A stretch of DNA of 64,000 bases from assembly GCA_964016885.1 (NCBI GenBank), contig OZ024742.1, forward strand, positions 173,042,001 through 173,106,000. The letters run 5' to 3'. Both the position numbers and the translations under genes were made by a program. The notes below the pieces were generated by a model. The model was not told where the DNA came from. It did no database searches and saw only the letters and a list, made by a program, of their open reading frames with translations. Of the stretch, positions 22,261-37,991 are shown one piece after another. Source of the stretch: Eledone cirrhosa. Lineage: Eukaryota. Positions within the stretch are counted from its first letter, which is position 1. Each line of letters begins with the position of its first letter.

Positions 22261-23766
22261 ATATATGTATATATATATATATATATAGTAATGTTCATGA
22301 GTTGATAAAACAACCATGAACAATCAAATAATAGTTCAAAGCGTAAATGTGAATTTATAGTCCACAGCATTATAGGTAAGGGAATGTTCTGAGTTTAATC
22401 GAATCGGGAAATTTTCAATCACAGCCGTATTACATTATCACAGAGCAGATATAAAATGAATAAAAAATAACGAGGAGTAAATTAAGCTAAATGATTTAAT
22501 TGATTTACGAACGTTTCAATCAAAACAGCAGGAAAATATATTTCTGGATTGCTTTCTTCATAATCTATTAAACAGCATAAATAGTGTATTTATTTACGAA
22601 ACACATATCCGAAAATCCAGATTTCGAAAACCCAAACAAAATTGAAATATAGTAGGGGAAACGTTAAATCTTCATGGATGTCTAAAAACGCAACGGACAT
22701 TTTAAAAATAATAATAAAGATATAATGTGCAGTGACTAAACAATATTTTGCTTGAATTTTACGCACGAATACACATAGTTGTGTTGGAGCGCACTAATAC
22801 ACATATACTATATTCAGAATAATGTTATAAGAATATAACAAGAGCTCATAATGTTATGCTATTAATACTTCTCAATTGAAGTACCAACAATTATACGATT
22901 AATATTAATAGAATATATTAAGAAAAACAATAAAGAATTATGGACTCATAATTCAGTATGAAAAATATCAATAACTAGAAGTATTAAGTAAAAAATAACC
23001 TAAATCATATTGATAGAGACGAAAAGATTATTTTTAGTATAAAATGTTATAAGTCTAATGTAAATTATATACATTCATATGTTCTATGTATATATATCTA
23101 CATACTAATTTTTAAGATTATTATATAACAGCACTGCCTGAACACCATTGCATCGAAATTCTAACCATCTTGTAAAGCAGTTTTGATACTCCACTTAATT
23201 TTAATATTATTGTTACTAATATATATATATTGTATATATACATATATATATACGCACTGGGATTGAATTCGAGCACCGTAACCATAGAGTTATTAATGCA
23301 CATGCATTATAAAGATTAAACAACAAAATTACTCATATTCTTGTTAATGGAACTGGTCAGGAATAAAAAAACTCCTTAGCGGAAAACCTTTATATAAACT
23401 GCTTAGTTATAAGGTATATTAGAAATCATATTTGTTCACACATTCATCCAATCATAAATTGTGTTGACATATATTCAATATTAGTTAGGTTGTTTTTCTC
23501 CATCATAAATTAAAGTGTAAATAAAAACAACCAATCATATTTCATATATCTTTTACCCTAAATTAACTACATCTTCGCATCATCGCTTCCCTTATTAGAT
23601 ATTTTATTATATAATACATTTTCTCCAAGGCTATATTCAGCGGGATTAATATTTTGTTGATTTAAATTGTGTATTCAGTTTGTATAAATTAATTAAAATA
23701 ATTAAAAAAACATATTTTGTTGTACGTAACTTTCAGCCACGACGTTATTATTACTATTATTATTAT

Positions 23767-23846
23767 GGGGTCGATAAAATAAAGTACCAGTAATGCACTG
23801 GTTAATTGCTGGCTTTGTGCCAAAAGTAGAAACAATTATTATTATT
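23767..23846 (+). mobile_element. SINE 3' fragment with (TTA)n tail
   Basis: ggggtcgataaaataaagtaccagtaatgcac...gtagaaacaattattatt; reverse complement of 40101-40172. Confidence 0.75.
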
Positions 23847-24402
23847 GTTTTTGTCGTTGTTGTTGTTCAAATTGATGTCATTCGCGCTCAAACGTAAAAA
23901 CGTAAACATTATTATTATCAATATTATCGTTGTGGTAGATACTGTTGTTGGTGGTGCAATGGTTGCTACCGTTGTTGTGACGTTACTGCTGGTATTATTG
24001 TTGTTGGTGTTGTTAATGGTTTATATTACCGTACAAAATTGCATGTTTAAGGTGTTTCAGTAGTAATTTTTAACTGTTTTCTATCTTTTCTAAAGTAAAT
24101 TAGATTTATTGAGTTCATTTATATTGTTACAAGAAGGGTAAGCAGCGTTGAGAATCTGTTATATATTTGTTCATGTTTAGGTTATGAATTTTGAAGGTTG
24201 GTTCTATAATTTTCATTCATTTCTTGTTGGCTTTGTCGTTGTCATTGTGACAGGTGTTTTCTTTTATAATCCACCTTTTTAGTGAAAGCATCTTTTTCAA
24301 TCTGGCTAACACATTGTTGTAATGTAGAGTATGCAGCGCCGTCACATGCCATGGCCATGGACAAAATAGGGAGTTTTCCGTGTATCCATTGAATTTATTG
24401 GC

Positions 24403-24430
<28 letters not shown>

Positions 24431-24437
<7 letters not shown>

Positions 24438-24558
24438 ATGTAATAAACAACATAAGGCAATTATTCCATTTACCAGTGGTTTCTTAAAAGCAATGATGCT
24501 TTTAAGAAACCACTGGTAAATGGAATAATTGCCTTATGTTGTTTATTACATAATAATA
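24431..24558. repeat. Perfect palindrome, 62-bp arms, 4-nt loop, next to (TA)n
   Basis: tattattatgtaataaac...cttaaaagca [atga] tgcttttaag...gtttattacataataata. Confidence 0.95.
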
Positions 24559-24621
24559 ATTAAGCTCTGTTGCCTACATAGATCACTCTTTTTTCCTGGA
24601 CTTTTCCGACGGAATTACTTC

Positions 24622-25064
<443 letters not shown>

Positions 25065-25152
25065 ATTCATACTCCAGTCCTACAAACTGTAGAGTGCTAC
25101 TTATCCAATATCTGCATTGCTTTATTGTACTACAATAAATCTCACCTCCTAC

Positions 25153-25217
<65 letters not shown>

Positions 25218-25367
25218 TGCATTTGTTTATAAAGGGTCTCCAGTTCAAAGGTTAGCACCGGGGAATAGTCCTGCTCAACCGCACTGGATATGTGAACTTT
25301 GACGTTCGATAGTACAAATAATCCACCCTGCAACTAGTAATGAAAATAGAGAACAACATGTACATCG

Positions 25368-25460
<93 letters not shown>

Positions 25461-25671
25461 GCGAGAATCGTATTTCGGCTGGTAGAAAAAGCGAAACGAA
25501 ACGCAAAATTGTAGAAATGCTGGCAAGCGCTCCAATTGTTAAGAAAACTAGAGCTAAACAATATGTTAAAACGCCATACAAACTGAAAAGTGGTCAAGAA
25601 GGCATTAACCACCTAAGCCAAAAACAAATCAAGCTAAACAGGTCAAACAAAATAAATATATATATATATAT

Positions 25672-28600
25672 AACTTGGTTGTCCATCGTAAACGATGATG
25701 ACATCTACTTTACTTTAGTTCCTGTCTGCCTGGGCACCAAGGTGGCTATGGAGGCCGATCCATGACTTGCAGGTCCGGGGACAGTGGGGGAAGGGGAAGA
25801 GACCGGAGTCGCTTGGTGTAGCTGATGATGCCTTTCTTCTCCTTTCACGGGCCTCAGTGACCTCTCCTCGTCTCTTCTTTTCAAAAGAGTCTTTGGCGTG
25901 TCTGGTAAAGGCTCGCCACTCAGTCCGGTCATCAGGATGAGACTCGAGTTGTTTTGGCGCGATCCCAGTCTTGTTGATGCTGGACTCCACGCAGTCTTTG
26001 AACCTCTTGAGAGGCCTGCCCCTATTTAGTTTCCCGGAACAGAGTTCCCCGTACATCAGTTGCTTCGGAAGCCTGTGATCGTCTATCCGGATGACATGTC
26101 CCACCCATCGAAGTCGGATCTTCAGTAGCATAGCTTCGACACTGATTGTCTCAGCCATGTCAAGAACTTCGATGTTGGAGACCTAGTCCTGCCATTTGAT
26201 GTTCATGATTGATCGCAGGCTGCGCATGTGGAACCGTTCCAGCTGCTTCAGGTGCCTTCTGTACAAGGTCCATGTCTCACATCCGTAGAGGAGGCTGGTG
26301 AGAATAACGGCCATGTACAGCCTGAGCTTGGTGAACTGCCTGATGTTGTGCTGGTGCAGAACGCGTGGCCTCAGTCGGCCGAGGGCTTGACTGGCTTTGC
26401 AGATTATGGCGTTTATCTCCTTGTTGAGGCTTCCATCGCTGCTGATGACACTACCTAGGTACTTGAAGTCGTCCAGCATCTTTAGGTGGTTGCCTCCGAT
26501 GGAAATGGTAGGAGGTTGGGCGATGGAGGCAGGTGCAGGCTGGAACAGGATCTCAGTCTTGTCAAGGCTAATTGTGAGACCGAAGAGAGAGGAGGCCTCC
26601 ACGAAATTGTTGACGATGATTGGAGGTTAGATTCCCTGTGTGCCATGAGGGCACAGTCGTCAGCAAAAAGTGTCTCGAGGACGATCCTCTGAACGGTCCT
26701 TGTCTTGACCGTCAGCGCCGCAGATCAAGCAGGGAGCAGTCCAGTCTGTATCGCAGATACACTCCGTGCTCATGGTCCCTGACGGCATGATTGAGTACGC
26801 TGGTGAAGAGCAGGTTGAAGAGGACGGTAGCCAGCTAGCATCCTTGTTTGACGCCGTTGGTGATTCCGAACGGCTCCGATGCCTCTCCACCCGAGCGCAC
26901 CTGCCTGGTCATGGAATTGCCGTATCAGGTTCACAAACTTTGTCGGGCATCCAAACTTCGGCAGGATCGACGAGAGGGCCTCCCTGTTGACAGTGTCGAA
27001 GGCCTTCGTCAAGCCTATGAAGACGTCAAAGAGGTCCATATTCTGCTCGACACAGTCCTCCTGCACCTGGCGTACAGATAAGATCATGTCGATCGTGCTG
27101 CGGTTTGGGCGGAACCCACACTCAGCAGGTTGTCCTCCGAGATGTTGGCAATGAGATGGTTGAGCATAACTCGTGACAGGACCTTCCCAGCGATGGACAG
27201 GGGAGAAATGCTCCGATAGTTGACACAGTCAGTTTTGCTGCCTTTGTTCTTAAAAAGCGAGACAACTGTGGCATCCCTGACGTCATTGGGTACCACTTCT
27301 TCCTCCCATAGGCTGACAATGAGGGTGTGGAAGGCCCCCAAGGCAGCTGGGCTGACCGACTTCAAGATCCCGGCAGGAATCCCGTCCTTTCCAGTGGCCT
27401 TTCCTGAGGTGGTCTGGTTGATTGCCTTTGCCACTTTATCCAACGAGTGCGGGGGGGGGGGGCAAGGCTACCAACGACGGGCTTCTGTGGGACCAGGTCG
27501 AGGGTGGCGGGTTCGACAATGGAGGGGGGTGTTGAGCAGGTTGCTAAAGTGCTCTCTCCACCTCGAGTTGATGCCGCTCTTCTCTTTCAGCAGGATTGAG
27601 CCGTCAGCAGACAGCAACGGTGTGGTAACAGGTTTGGGAGGTCCGTAGACGTCCCCGATGGCGCTGAAGAACATCTTGGAGTTCTTTTTGTCAGCGTATC
27701 TCTCGACTTCTTCGGACTTCTTTTCCCACCACTTTTCTTGCATTCTGCGTAGCATTGCTTGGGTCTGCCTCTGGAGGTGCTTGAAGCGTCGCGCTTCGAG
27801 GTGGAGGAGCTGTCATTCTGCCACTTAATGAAAGCCCTCCTCTTCTCATCCAGGAGTTGTCTGATGCACTCATCGTTTTCATCAAACCAGTCCTGGTGGA
27901 CTCTTCCTAGGCCCGATGGTTGCCTTGGTTGACTCTGTCACCAGCGACCTGAACTGGTCCCACTGTTGAGTTGGGGGTCCTGTCAGTGGTCCATGGGCAG
28001 TGAGCTGGCCACCAGGTCTTCCGCGAACGCATCACGATTCTCTGGCTGCTTGAGTCGTGCGACGTCGAAAGCTGGTCTACAGACTTTCGGAGCCTTGCGA
28101 TACGTTGAGGTGATGTGCAGTGACAGGATGGTGCTGACACGGCGATGGTCGGTCCAACACTCTGCAGCACGCATGGCCCTGGTAATTCTGACGCTATGGA
28201 TGTCCCTCCTGCGGCATATGGCAAAGTCAATCAGATGCCACTGTTTGGATCTGGGGTGCATCCATGTCCTCTTGAACTTGTCTGCCTGGCGGAACAGTGT
28301 GTTGGTGATGGTGAGGTCGTTCTCGGCGCAGAAACTCAACAGTATGAGGCCGTTAGAGTTCAGCTTCCCTGTGCTGTGAGGTCCCAGCACGCCTCTCCAG
28401 TTGCTGCTGTAAGACTCGACTCTTCCGTTGAAGTCCCCCAGTAGGATGAGTTTATCGCTTGGGGGACGCCCTTCACGAGTGCGTTGAGTTCCCCGTAGAA
28501 AGCGTCCTTTGCTTCATCGCTGCTGGTGAGAGTGGGGGCGTACGCGCTGATGACTGTGACATGCCGAGATGGGTCGAGGGGGAAACGGAGCTTCATCAGC

Positions 28601-28780
28601 CGCTCACTCACAGGTGTTGGAAAGTATGGTAGCTGATTGCAGAGTGAAGTCCTGATGGCTAGGCCTACACCGTGGATTCTGTCCTCGTCCTTTGCATTGC
28701 CCTTCCAGAAGAAGGTTTAGCCTCCATTCGGTTATGCTACTGATCCTTCTTCGGCAAGTCTAGTCTCCCTGAGGGCGGCC
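25672..28780 (-). pseudogene. Decayed, 5'-truncated RTE-clade LINE (APE, RT, C-terminal zinc finger)
   Basis: VISAYAPT, TWMHPRSKQWHLID, CWTDH, LTKAFDTVNR, FKYLGS, LLYGCETW, RLRWVGHV, HCPRTCKSWIGLHSH. 3' stem-loop catcgtttacgatg, then (TA)n. Confidence 0.9.
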
Positions 28781-29133
28781 TGTGTATATACATATTTAAA
28801 CATTGTTGTATGAAACGTATGGACAAGTGGGTATTTTCATGGTTAGAAATGAATTTCTCTCCATATGTACGTTTGTAAGAAAGCCTAACAAACGAATTAT
28901 ATTTCACCAGTTATTTTTTTAACAAAAAATAAAACATCGTCCAAAAGCCAACGTAAAGTGATTTAAGTCAGCAACTACAGACACAATGAAACAGATTTGA
29001 AGGAAAAAGTTTACGTTTAGTTGGAATGTTGTGTCGTATTGTAGCAGAACATTGAAAAAGTGGTACTGTAATGCCGCATAGGAAATATATTTATTCTGCT
29101 GATTTTAACTTTGCCTTTCATCACTATGGGGTC

Positions 29134-29966
29134 GCTTTGCTTTTTTCCATCCACTGAATTATTTTTGTATAAGTTCCCTGTGTCCACGTATTGCCTTGAA
29201 ACTTAGCTGAGAATAGACTTCCCTGATGACGAAAAGCTTCTCCGTACGTTTCTTCGGAAACTACGTTTATTCCCTTTCAGAAACTAAGTAGTTGGAGGGA
29301 AATTTTAGTAAGTAAGTTAATTTTTATAATTTTCTTATTGTACGTCTCTCATATTATTGTTCTGCATCCCCATGCATTGAACCACAAAGTTACTAAGACA
29401 AAACCTATATTTGCTGGCATAGGTATGCATCTGTATATATACGTTAGTAAATATACTAATTCTTTATAATTATCTCCAAATTATTTTGTCGAGCCAAAAT
29501 TGGCCAAAACTGCTACTATAGTTCATAGTAACAGTCCGGCTGCTGTCTTTTTAACAAACCACTCTTCACTGATTGACCTCGATGTCACGTGATTGATTCT
29601 TTTGAATTTGCCACCGACGCAGTAGGCAGTGATTTTTTCAATGGCCTGGAACTTAGTCTAAGCTTTGCTTTTTTCCATCCACTGAATTATTTTTGTATAA
29701 ATTCCCGGTGTCCACGCATTGCCTGGAAACTTAGCTGAGAATAGACTTCCCGATGACGAAAGGCTTCTCCGTACGTTTCTACGGAAACTAATTAGTTGGA
29801 GTGAAATTTTAGTGAGTAAGTTAATTTTTATAATTTTCTTATTTTACGTCTCTCATATTATTGTTCTGCATCCCATGCATTGAACCACAAAGTTACTAAG
29901 ACAGAACCTATATATTTGCTGGCATAGGTATGCATCTGTATATATATGTTAGTAAATATACTAATT

Positions 29967-29972
<6 letters not shown>
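29134..29972 (+). mobile_element. Direct-repeat element (~330-bp repeats, ~190-bp spacer) with hammerhead motifs; Penelope pLTR/retrozyme-like
   Basis: 29134-29468 is repeated at 29662-29972 and ends in (TA)n. Copy 1 reads cuucc-CUGAUGA...GAAACUAAGUAGUU-ggagg. Confidence 0.7.
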
Positions 29973-30001
<29 letters not shown>

Positions 30002-30011
30002 AATTAATATA

Positions 30012-30209
30012 AATTAATATATATGATAAACACAAATACCAACATATAAGTGTTTGTATTGTAAATGACTAAGTTAGCTAGATTGAAATATACTAATTTA
30101 TAATTAGTATATACTAAAATATAATTAGTATTTTTCAATCTAGCTAACTTAGTCATTTACAATATAAACACTTATATGTTGGTATTTGTGTTTATCATAT
30201 ATATTAATT
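30012..30209. repeat. Palindrome next to (TA)n; third arm copy at 30672-30778
   Basis: aattaatatatatgataaacacaaatacc...gattgaaa versus tttcaatc...ggtatttgtgtttatcatatatattaatt. Confidence 0.9.
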
Positions 30210-30303
30210 CATATAAACTTGTATTACACGGCTCAGAAATACTTCTTTCTTTGAGCTATTTCATTGTAAAGGACTGTTTGAGTTTAGAACTCGTTATTCA
30301 TAG

Positions 30304-30675
<372 letters not shown>

Positions 30676-30925
30676 AGTTAATATAAATTAATATATATGA
30701 TAAACACAGATACCAACATACCAGTGTTTGTATTGTAAATGACTAAGTTAGCTAGATTGAAAAATACTAATTATAATAATACAGTTTGCCTGTCTCGATT
30801 TAAAATAATAAATCAATAAAAACAAACCATATTGGCAAATAGCCGTGGTACTTAGACAAATTTAAATTTCAAAATCAAACCTGTTCCGTAGATAAGTTTA
30901 AATTTTAAAATTCAAATATGTTTCG

Positions 30926-30965
<40 letters not shown>

Positions 30966-30971
30966 TTATAT

Positions 30972-31106
30972 GAAGGCGCATGGTTGACAGGTAAGAGAAT
31001 TGGATTCGCAATCGTGAGGTTGTGACTTCGATTCCTGGACCGGGTGATGAGTTATGTCTTTCAGCATGTTTCTTTACTTCACGTTACTCCTACTTGGAGT
31101 TGCGAC
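30972..31106 (+). mobile_element. tRNA-derived SINE head (degenerate)
   Basis: gaaggcgcatggttgacaggtaagag (A-box-like) and ttcgattcc (B-box-like). Related copy at 37520-37790. Confidence 0.55.
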
Positions 31107-31642
31107 CAATAGAGAGTATTAGCAATTGGAAAGACCAACGGAAACTTTGTTTCCTCGGTTCAATTTGACGAAAGTTCATCGACTGTCGATATATGTAAAC
31201 TCCAAACGACTAAATAAATATTTGGTATTCAGGTTTGTCCTCATCAAAACACTTTTCAGTCAATATTCAAAATGATCAATATCAATCTTACTATAAAAAC
31301 AAACTACTGTATGCAAAGTCATTCGTTTTATCGAATCAAAAAGAAAAAAAAATAATTATAATATTCAGCATACAATATTCACTTTATTTTTATTCTCTAT
31401 GTCATCTCGAAACAGGAAATTTGTAGGGATGGATGGGAGATATTCTCAGAATTTTTCTATGTCATTATTAACAAGGCAGCTGCTACAATCCATCTCAGCA
31501 TATTGGTTTCGTTTGGTCTGGTTTAGCCTTCTAACTTTTATAAGGAGAACGACGGACGAACAGTTGTTTTGATTGCAGAAAAGCATTTTTTCCTCTATTT
31601 CAAGAAACAGCTACAATTAATGTTTCGAAATCATAAAAAACA

Positions 31643-31681
31643 CTTCTTCTTCTTCTTCTTCTTATTCTTATTCTTATTCTT

Positions 31682-31712
<31 letters not shown>

Positions 31713-31760
31713 TTATTATTATTATTATTATTATTATTCCTCTTCTTCTTTTTTTTTCTT
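31643..31760. repeat. (TTC)n/(TTA)n microsatellite
   Basis: Direct inspection. Confidence 0.95.
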
Positions 31761-32052
31761 TTGTGGTTTGGATTCAATCAATCAATCGCCATCATCAAAA
31801 TAAGGAAGAGAGATTTTTAGCTAAATGGAAATTGGTTAAATCGATAAATATTCTCTAATGGCCCAAAAACGACGATTGACAACGATTCTTCACTCTCAGC
31901 GTAAATCTACTGCGGAGTTGAAAATACATTAATTGATAAAACGTATGGAAATTAGCGATATGATAAATGGGGAAATTTGTGAATACACCAATACATATGT
32001 AAATAAATAAAAGATCGTGTAAATAAAGTCATATAGATATTCATAAATAATT

Positions 32053-33883
<1,831 letters not shown>

Positions 33884-33885
<2 letters not shown>

Positions 33886-34003
33886 AGGAAAAAGTATGAC
33901 CCTGACGGAGGAGCTCAAGCCGTTTTGACTGCTATTTCTGGACAGACCAGAAATAGCCGTTGATACGGCTTGAGCTCTGCCGACGGGGTCATATTTTTCC
34001 TAT
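33884..34003. repeat. Imperfect palindrome embedded in (TA)n
   Basis: ataggaaaaagtatgaccc..gagctcaagccgt..gctatttctgg / ccagaaatagc..acggcttgagctc..gggtcatatttttcctat. Confidence 0.88.
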
Positions 34004-34106
34004 TAACCAGTCTACTACCCTAAGTATTGAGTACTCTGGTGCGTTATCGTCCATCTAGTTCCTTAGCACAAATCCTTCTTATTGGCAGCGTGACTCTCCC
34101 GATATA

Positions 34107-34161
<55 letters not shown>

Positions 34162-34325
34162 AAATACTTATATTAAGGAAATGATGGCAAGGTACGCGTG
34201 GGATGTGGGATACCATATAATTATAATTATGAGGATGATGAGTATGATGATGGTGGTATGAGTGTGGTGGTAATGTTGATGATTATGGTGATGGTGGTGA
34301 TGATTCTGGCTGTGGCGACGCCCTC

Positions 34326-34365
34326 AAAGAAGTAGAAGATGAAGAAGAAGAAGAAGAAGAAGAAG

Positions 34366-34396
<31 letters not shown>

Positions 34397-34761
34397 TGAA
34401 ACGAAGAAGAAAACGAAGAAGAAAAAAACCAAGAAGAAAGAAGACGAAGAAGTAGAAGAAGAAGAAGAAAAGCAAGAAGAAATAAGAAAGAAGAAGAAGA
34501 AGAAGAAGAGGAAGAAACGCAAGAAGAAAGAAGAAGAAGAACAAAATCAAGAAGAAAGAAGCAGTAATAAGAAGAAGAAGGAGAAAAAGAAGAAGAAAAG
34601 CAAGAATAAATAAGAAAGAAGAAGAAGAAGAAGAAGAGGAAGAAAAGCAAGAAGAAAGAAGAAGAAGAAGAAGAAGAAGAAGAAGAAGAAGAAGAAGAAA
34701 AAAGCAAGAAGAAAAGCAAGAAGAAAAACAAGAAAAAGAAGAAGAAGGATGGGGAGGGGGA

Positions 34762-34833
<72 letters not shown>

Positions 34834-34882
34834 GAAGAAGAAGAAGAAGAAGACGAAGAAGAAGAAGAAGAAGAAGAAGAAG
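34326..34882. repeat. (GAA)n / (TAA)n microsatellite
   Basis: Direct inspection. Confidence 0.95.
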
Positions 34883-35457
34883 GTAATTGATATATAGTCA
34901 ATAATAAAAAAAACCCTACCCCAGGTCCACTACCAAAAGAGATCCATTGGTTTGATATTCATCTCCTGTTCCACAATGTCAGATTGAATGAAAGATAATT
35001 ATTTACTTACTAAAGGTACATCACTATTAATAGTTCATTTTTTAAACTGATTTTTATCTAATGAATGTCAAACTCAATCCAGGTAATATATTTTCTTTCG
35101 TTTTCGATATAATCCTATTTTGTGTGTAAGTTATTAATGCCTTGGATATAACGATATTTGTATACATAAAAATATTTCTATGTCAGTTTAACCCTTTCAT
35201 ATTCGGTCGGTGAGCTGTTTCTCGGGCATGGAATCGTGTAAAGAGTTGGAATGTTTATCTAATTATCCATGCAATTCCATCATCGTCATCATCTTCTTTA
35301 TCCACATCTGCGCTGCCATCATCGTCATTATCATCATCATCAACCTCAACCTCAACATCAACCTCTTCTTCTTCTTCTTCTTCTTCTTCTTCTTCATCAT
35401 CATCATTATCTTCTTTTTCTCATTACTATTGTTATCATTACTATTATTATTATTATT

Positions 35458-35772
35458 GGGCCTACCTTGAGCGTGTTCTAGTAGCATCGTAGGAGGAAAA
35501 CTGGAAGAGGGCACTTGCCCTAGCAGTCAGGGTAACCGTTTCTTTTTTGTGGGCTTTCTCCACGAGCAACCCTCGAAAGTCTCCCCCCTATTGGGGAATT
35601 TTTCTTTTTGGTTTCTTTTTTTGTTACATCCTTTTTTTTATTTTTTTTTACATGTAGAAATGCCCATTTGTACCGCCCTGTATTGTACCGTGTTGTCCTC
35701 AATGTTATACTTTATGTCAACCCTTGTGGTTAATAAAGAAAGCATTGCTATTATTAATATTATTATTATTAT
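35458..35772 (+). mobile_element. Tx1 3'UTR fragment (related subfamily)
   Basis: Matches 2007-2290 (ggaaaactgg..agggcacttgccct, ctccccc.tattggggaat, gaaatgcccatttgtaccgccctgtattgtac, aataaagaaa). (TTA)n on both sides. Confidence 0.85.
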
Positions 35773-36165
35773 TTTTTTTTTTTTTTTTTCTACAGTAAAG
35801 AAAAAATCCATGTCAAACAGTGTGGTTAACCCGTATGGTGAGCAAATGGTCTCTCCGCAGCCCCGGCGGAGAGGATGGAGAAGGCGACTCCCCGGCGTGA
35901 AGGACCTATTCAAACTCCCGAGGCTCACACCTGCGGCTGGCCAGCTCAGCGACTACGGTTGTGAATAGGGAGGTAACCCTATGACCAAGGACAACAGAAG
36001 TCTCCACTGCCAAGGGCATGACCACGAAACTGTCGGAGAGCGTACGGTACTTGGACATCTTGACCTCCTTAGCCCGACGTGCAGCAGTACCTGGGTTAGT
36101 CACAGACTGCACCATGTTGCGGCTGGGGATAGTGTCGCTGCAAGTGGCACCCCAGACGAGGGGTG
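35773..36165 (-). pseudogene. 3' fragment of a CRE-like RLE retrotransposon with poly(A) tail
   Basis: PLVWGATCSDT..AARRAKEVKMSKYRTLSDSFVVMPLAVETSVVLG resembles the CRE-type LxWDxT..K.KY..F.PLAVET.G endonuclease end. T-run at 35773-35789. Confidence 0.7.
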
Positions 36166-36589
36166 TATGTTCAAGAGATTGTAAATTCTGGAACACTAAA
36201 ACCCAGAGGGTTATGTTTGAATTAACTGTGGTAACGCTTCTACCATCACAGCTCTCTAGAGCACCTAACAGCAACGCCAATATAATGACGTTATATACAC
36301 TTCATATTTGTAATCGTCGCATATGGGGTCACACAATACAGATTCTGAGAGAGCATATCAAGAGAAACATGTATGATGTGGTCTAGACATTTCTGATAGA
36401 GTCGTAGAGGTCTCGTATTGACACATTGTGTTTCTTGGGGATTTTAAGCCTGGCGGAAACCATTCATCTCCAGTCCTGACTAGAGTAGTTCGGATATAAT
36501 TATCTATAATTCTTTACTATATTTGATTCGAGCTTCTGTGCGTTCTGAATTCAAAATACGGAACAATATATATATGTATATTTATATAT

Positions 36590-36664
<75 letters not shown>

Positions 36665-36746
36665 AAATTTGAAGACGAAAATCCAAAGAGGGTTCGAAAA
36701 GGATAAATATATATATCAGATATATAAGAACCGTAGAGCAATTATT

Positions 36747-36875
36747 TATTAAAATAACAGATTAAAGTTTAAGCAAAGAATCGCGGCTTTCAACGGCATC
36801 TTCTGAAACTCAGGGTTTCAGAAGATCCCGTTAAGGGTGAAAGCACCGATTCTTTGCTTAAACTTTAATCTGTTA

Positions 36876-36883
<8 letters not shown>
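36747..36883. repeat. Palindrome next to (TA)n
   Basis: tattaaaataacagattaaagtttaagcaaagaatcg..atcttctgaaac / gtttcagaagat..cgattctttgcttaaactttaatctgttattttaata. Confidence 0.9.
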
Positions 36884-36933
<50 letters not shown>

Positions 36934-37039
36934 CATACACACACACACACACACACAGACACACACACACATATATATATATGTATATGTATATATATAC
37001 ACATATCGGCTGACAATGAAATACATACTCCCACCCAAA

Positions 37040-37407
37040 TACACGATGTATGTCAGAAAAGTTCCATGACTAATGTCACAAAAGATTTATTTTAAACCAC
37101 TTGCACACTCAAAAACACGTGAGCGTGACATCTTCTAACTCCATACTCTTATGCAGCGGAGTTTTCTCCAACCGTACCAGAAACTTCAAGTTTGTTCGTT
37201 GCTCTGTGCTCATTGCTTGACGACCTGAAACAGAGGACATGTATATAACATTACGAAAAACAAATTTGATCAGTGCAGAGAGCTAAGATTACAATTAAAT
37301 ACTCCAGGGGGATTACGTTGACGGAGAAAACTCTTAGTGTGAGGTTTGGGTTTGAAAGAAATCTTTTGTGACATCAGACCTGGAACTTTTTCTGAAACAC
37401 ATCATAT
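37040..37407. mobile_element. Mariner-like MITE with ~55-bp imperfect TIRs
   Basis: gatgtatgtcagaaaagttcca..tgtcacaaaagattt.ttt.aaacc versus ggtttgaaagaaatcttttgtgaca..tggaactttttctgaaacacatc. Partial inverted copy at 52226-52401. Confidence 0.75.
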
Positions 37408-37519
37408 ACAGGGTGGGACAGTGAAATACAATTAGTGAAAAGAAAAAGGAATAAAAGCAGGGAAATTATACATGGTTAGGTATAGAGATAGACAGAGAGG
37501 GTGACGAAATATGTGGGCG

Positions 37520-37790
37520 TTTAATGTAACTTTCAATTGAGAGGTTTTGATTTCGATTTTCGGATTGGGTGATGCGTTATTCCAGATCACGCAGCTGCAC
37601 AACTGAGTTGCGATGTCACAGGTGCTAAGATATATTGGACATTGCGTTTCCCTAAAACAACATTTGTGGCGAGGTCAGGGGAGACTGGTATGCATTGTTG
37701 ACTGCTGATCTCCCACAAACATTTCTTGCCCAGGCTTGAAACTCGGAGGGAATCTTTCTAGGTTAAAAAATTACGATCGTTAGTGACGAA
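37520..37790 (+). mobile_element. Degenerate SINE (same family as 30972)
   Basis: Shares ..gaggtt.tga.ttcgatt....gga..gggtgatg.gtta and gagttgcga with 31010-31106. Confidence 0.5.
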
Positions 37791-37791
37791 T

Positions 37792-37915
<124 letters not shown>

Positions 37916-37991
37916 CGTATCGAAGTTTCCGTTGAAAATTGGAAAAGTCAGAGGAATGAAGAGTGCTACATGTAAGTTACAGAGCTAAATA

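Noticed and set aside
22290-24400. Very old Penelope coding remnants (also 28800-28960)
   Set aside because: Only vague motif hints; no continuous reading frame can be supported.
25457-25655. Short stop-free Lys-rich segment between TA tracts as a host exon
   Set aside because: No recognisable domain or convincing splice sites.
30972-31045. tRNA gene
   Set aside because: A/B-box-like motifs only, no cloverleaf; continues into a SINE body.
31200-31640. Unique-looking stretches (also 34920-35260, 39560-39730) as exons or conserved elements
   Set aside because: No ORF, splice or family evidence from the sequence alone; needs cross-species alignment or RNA-seq.
34227-35514. Poly-F/S/L/K ORFs
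   Set aside because: Products of (GAA)n, (TAA)n and (CAT)n repeats.
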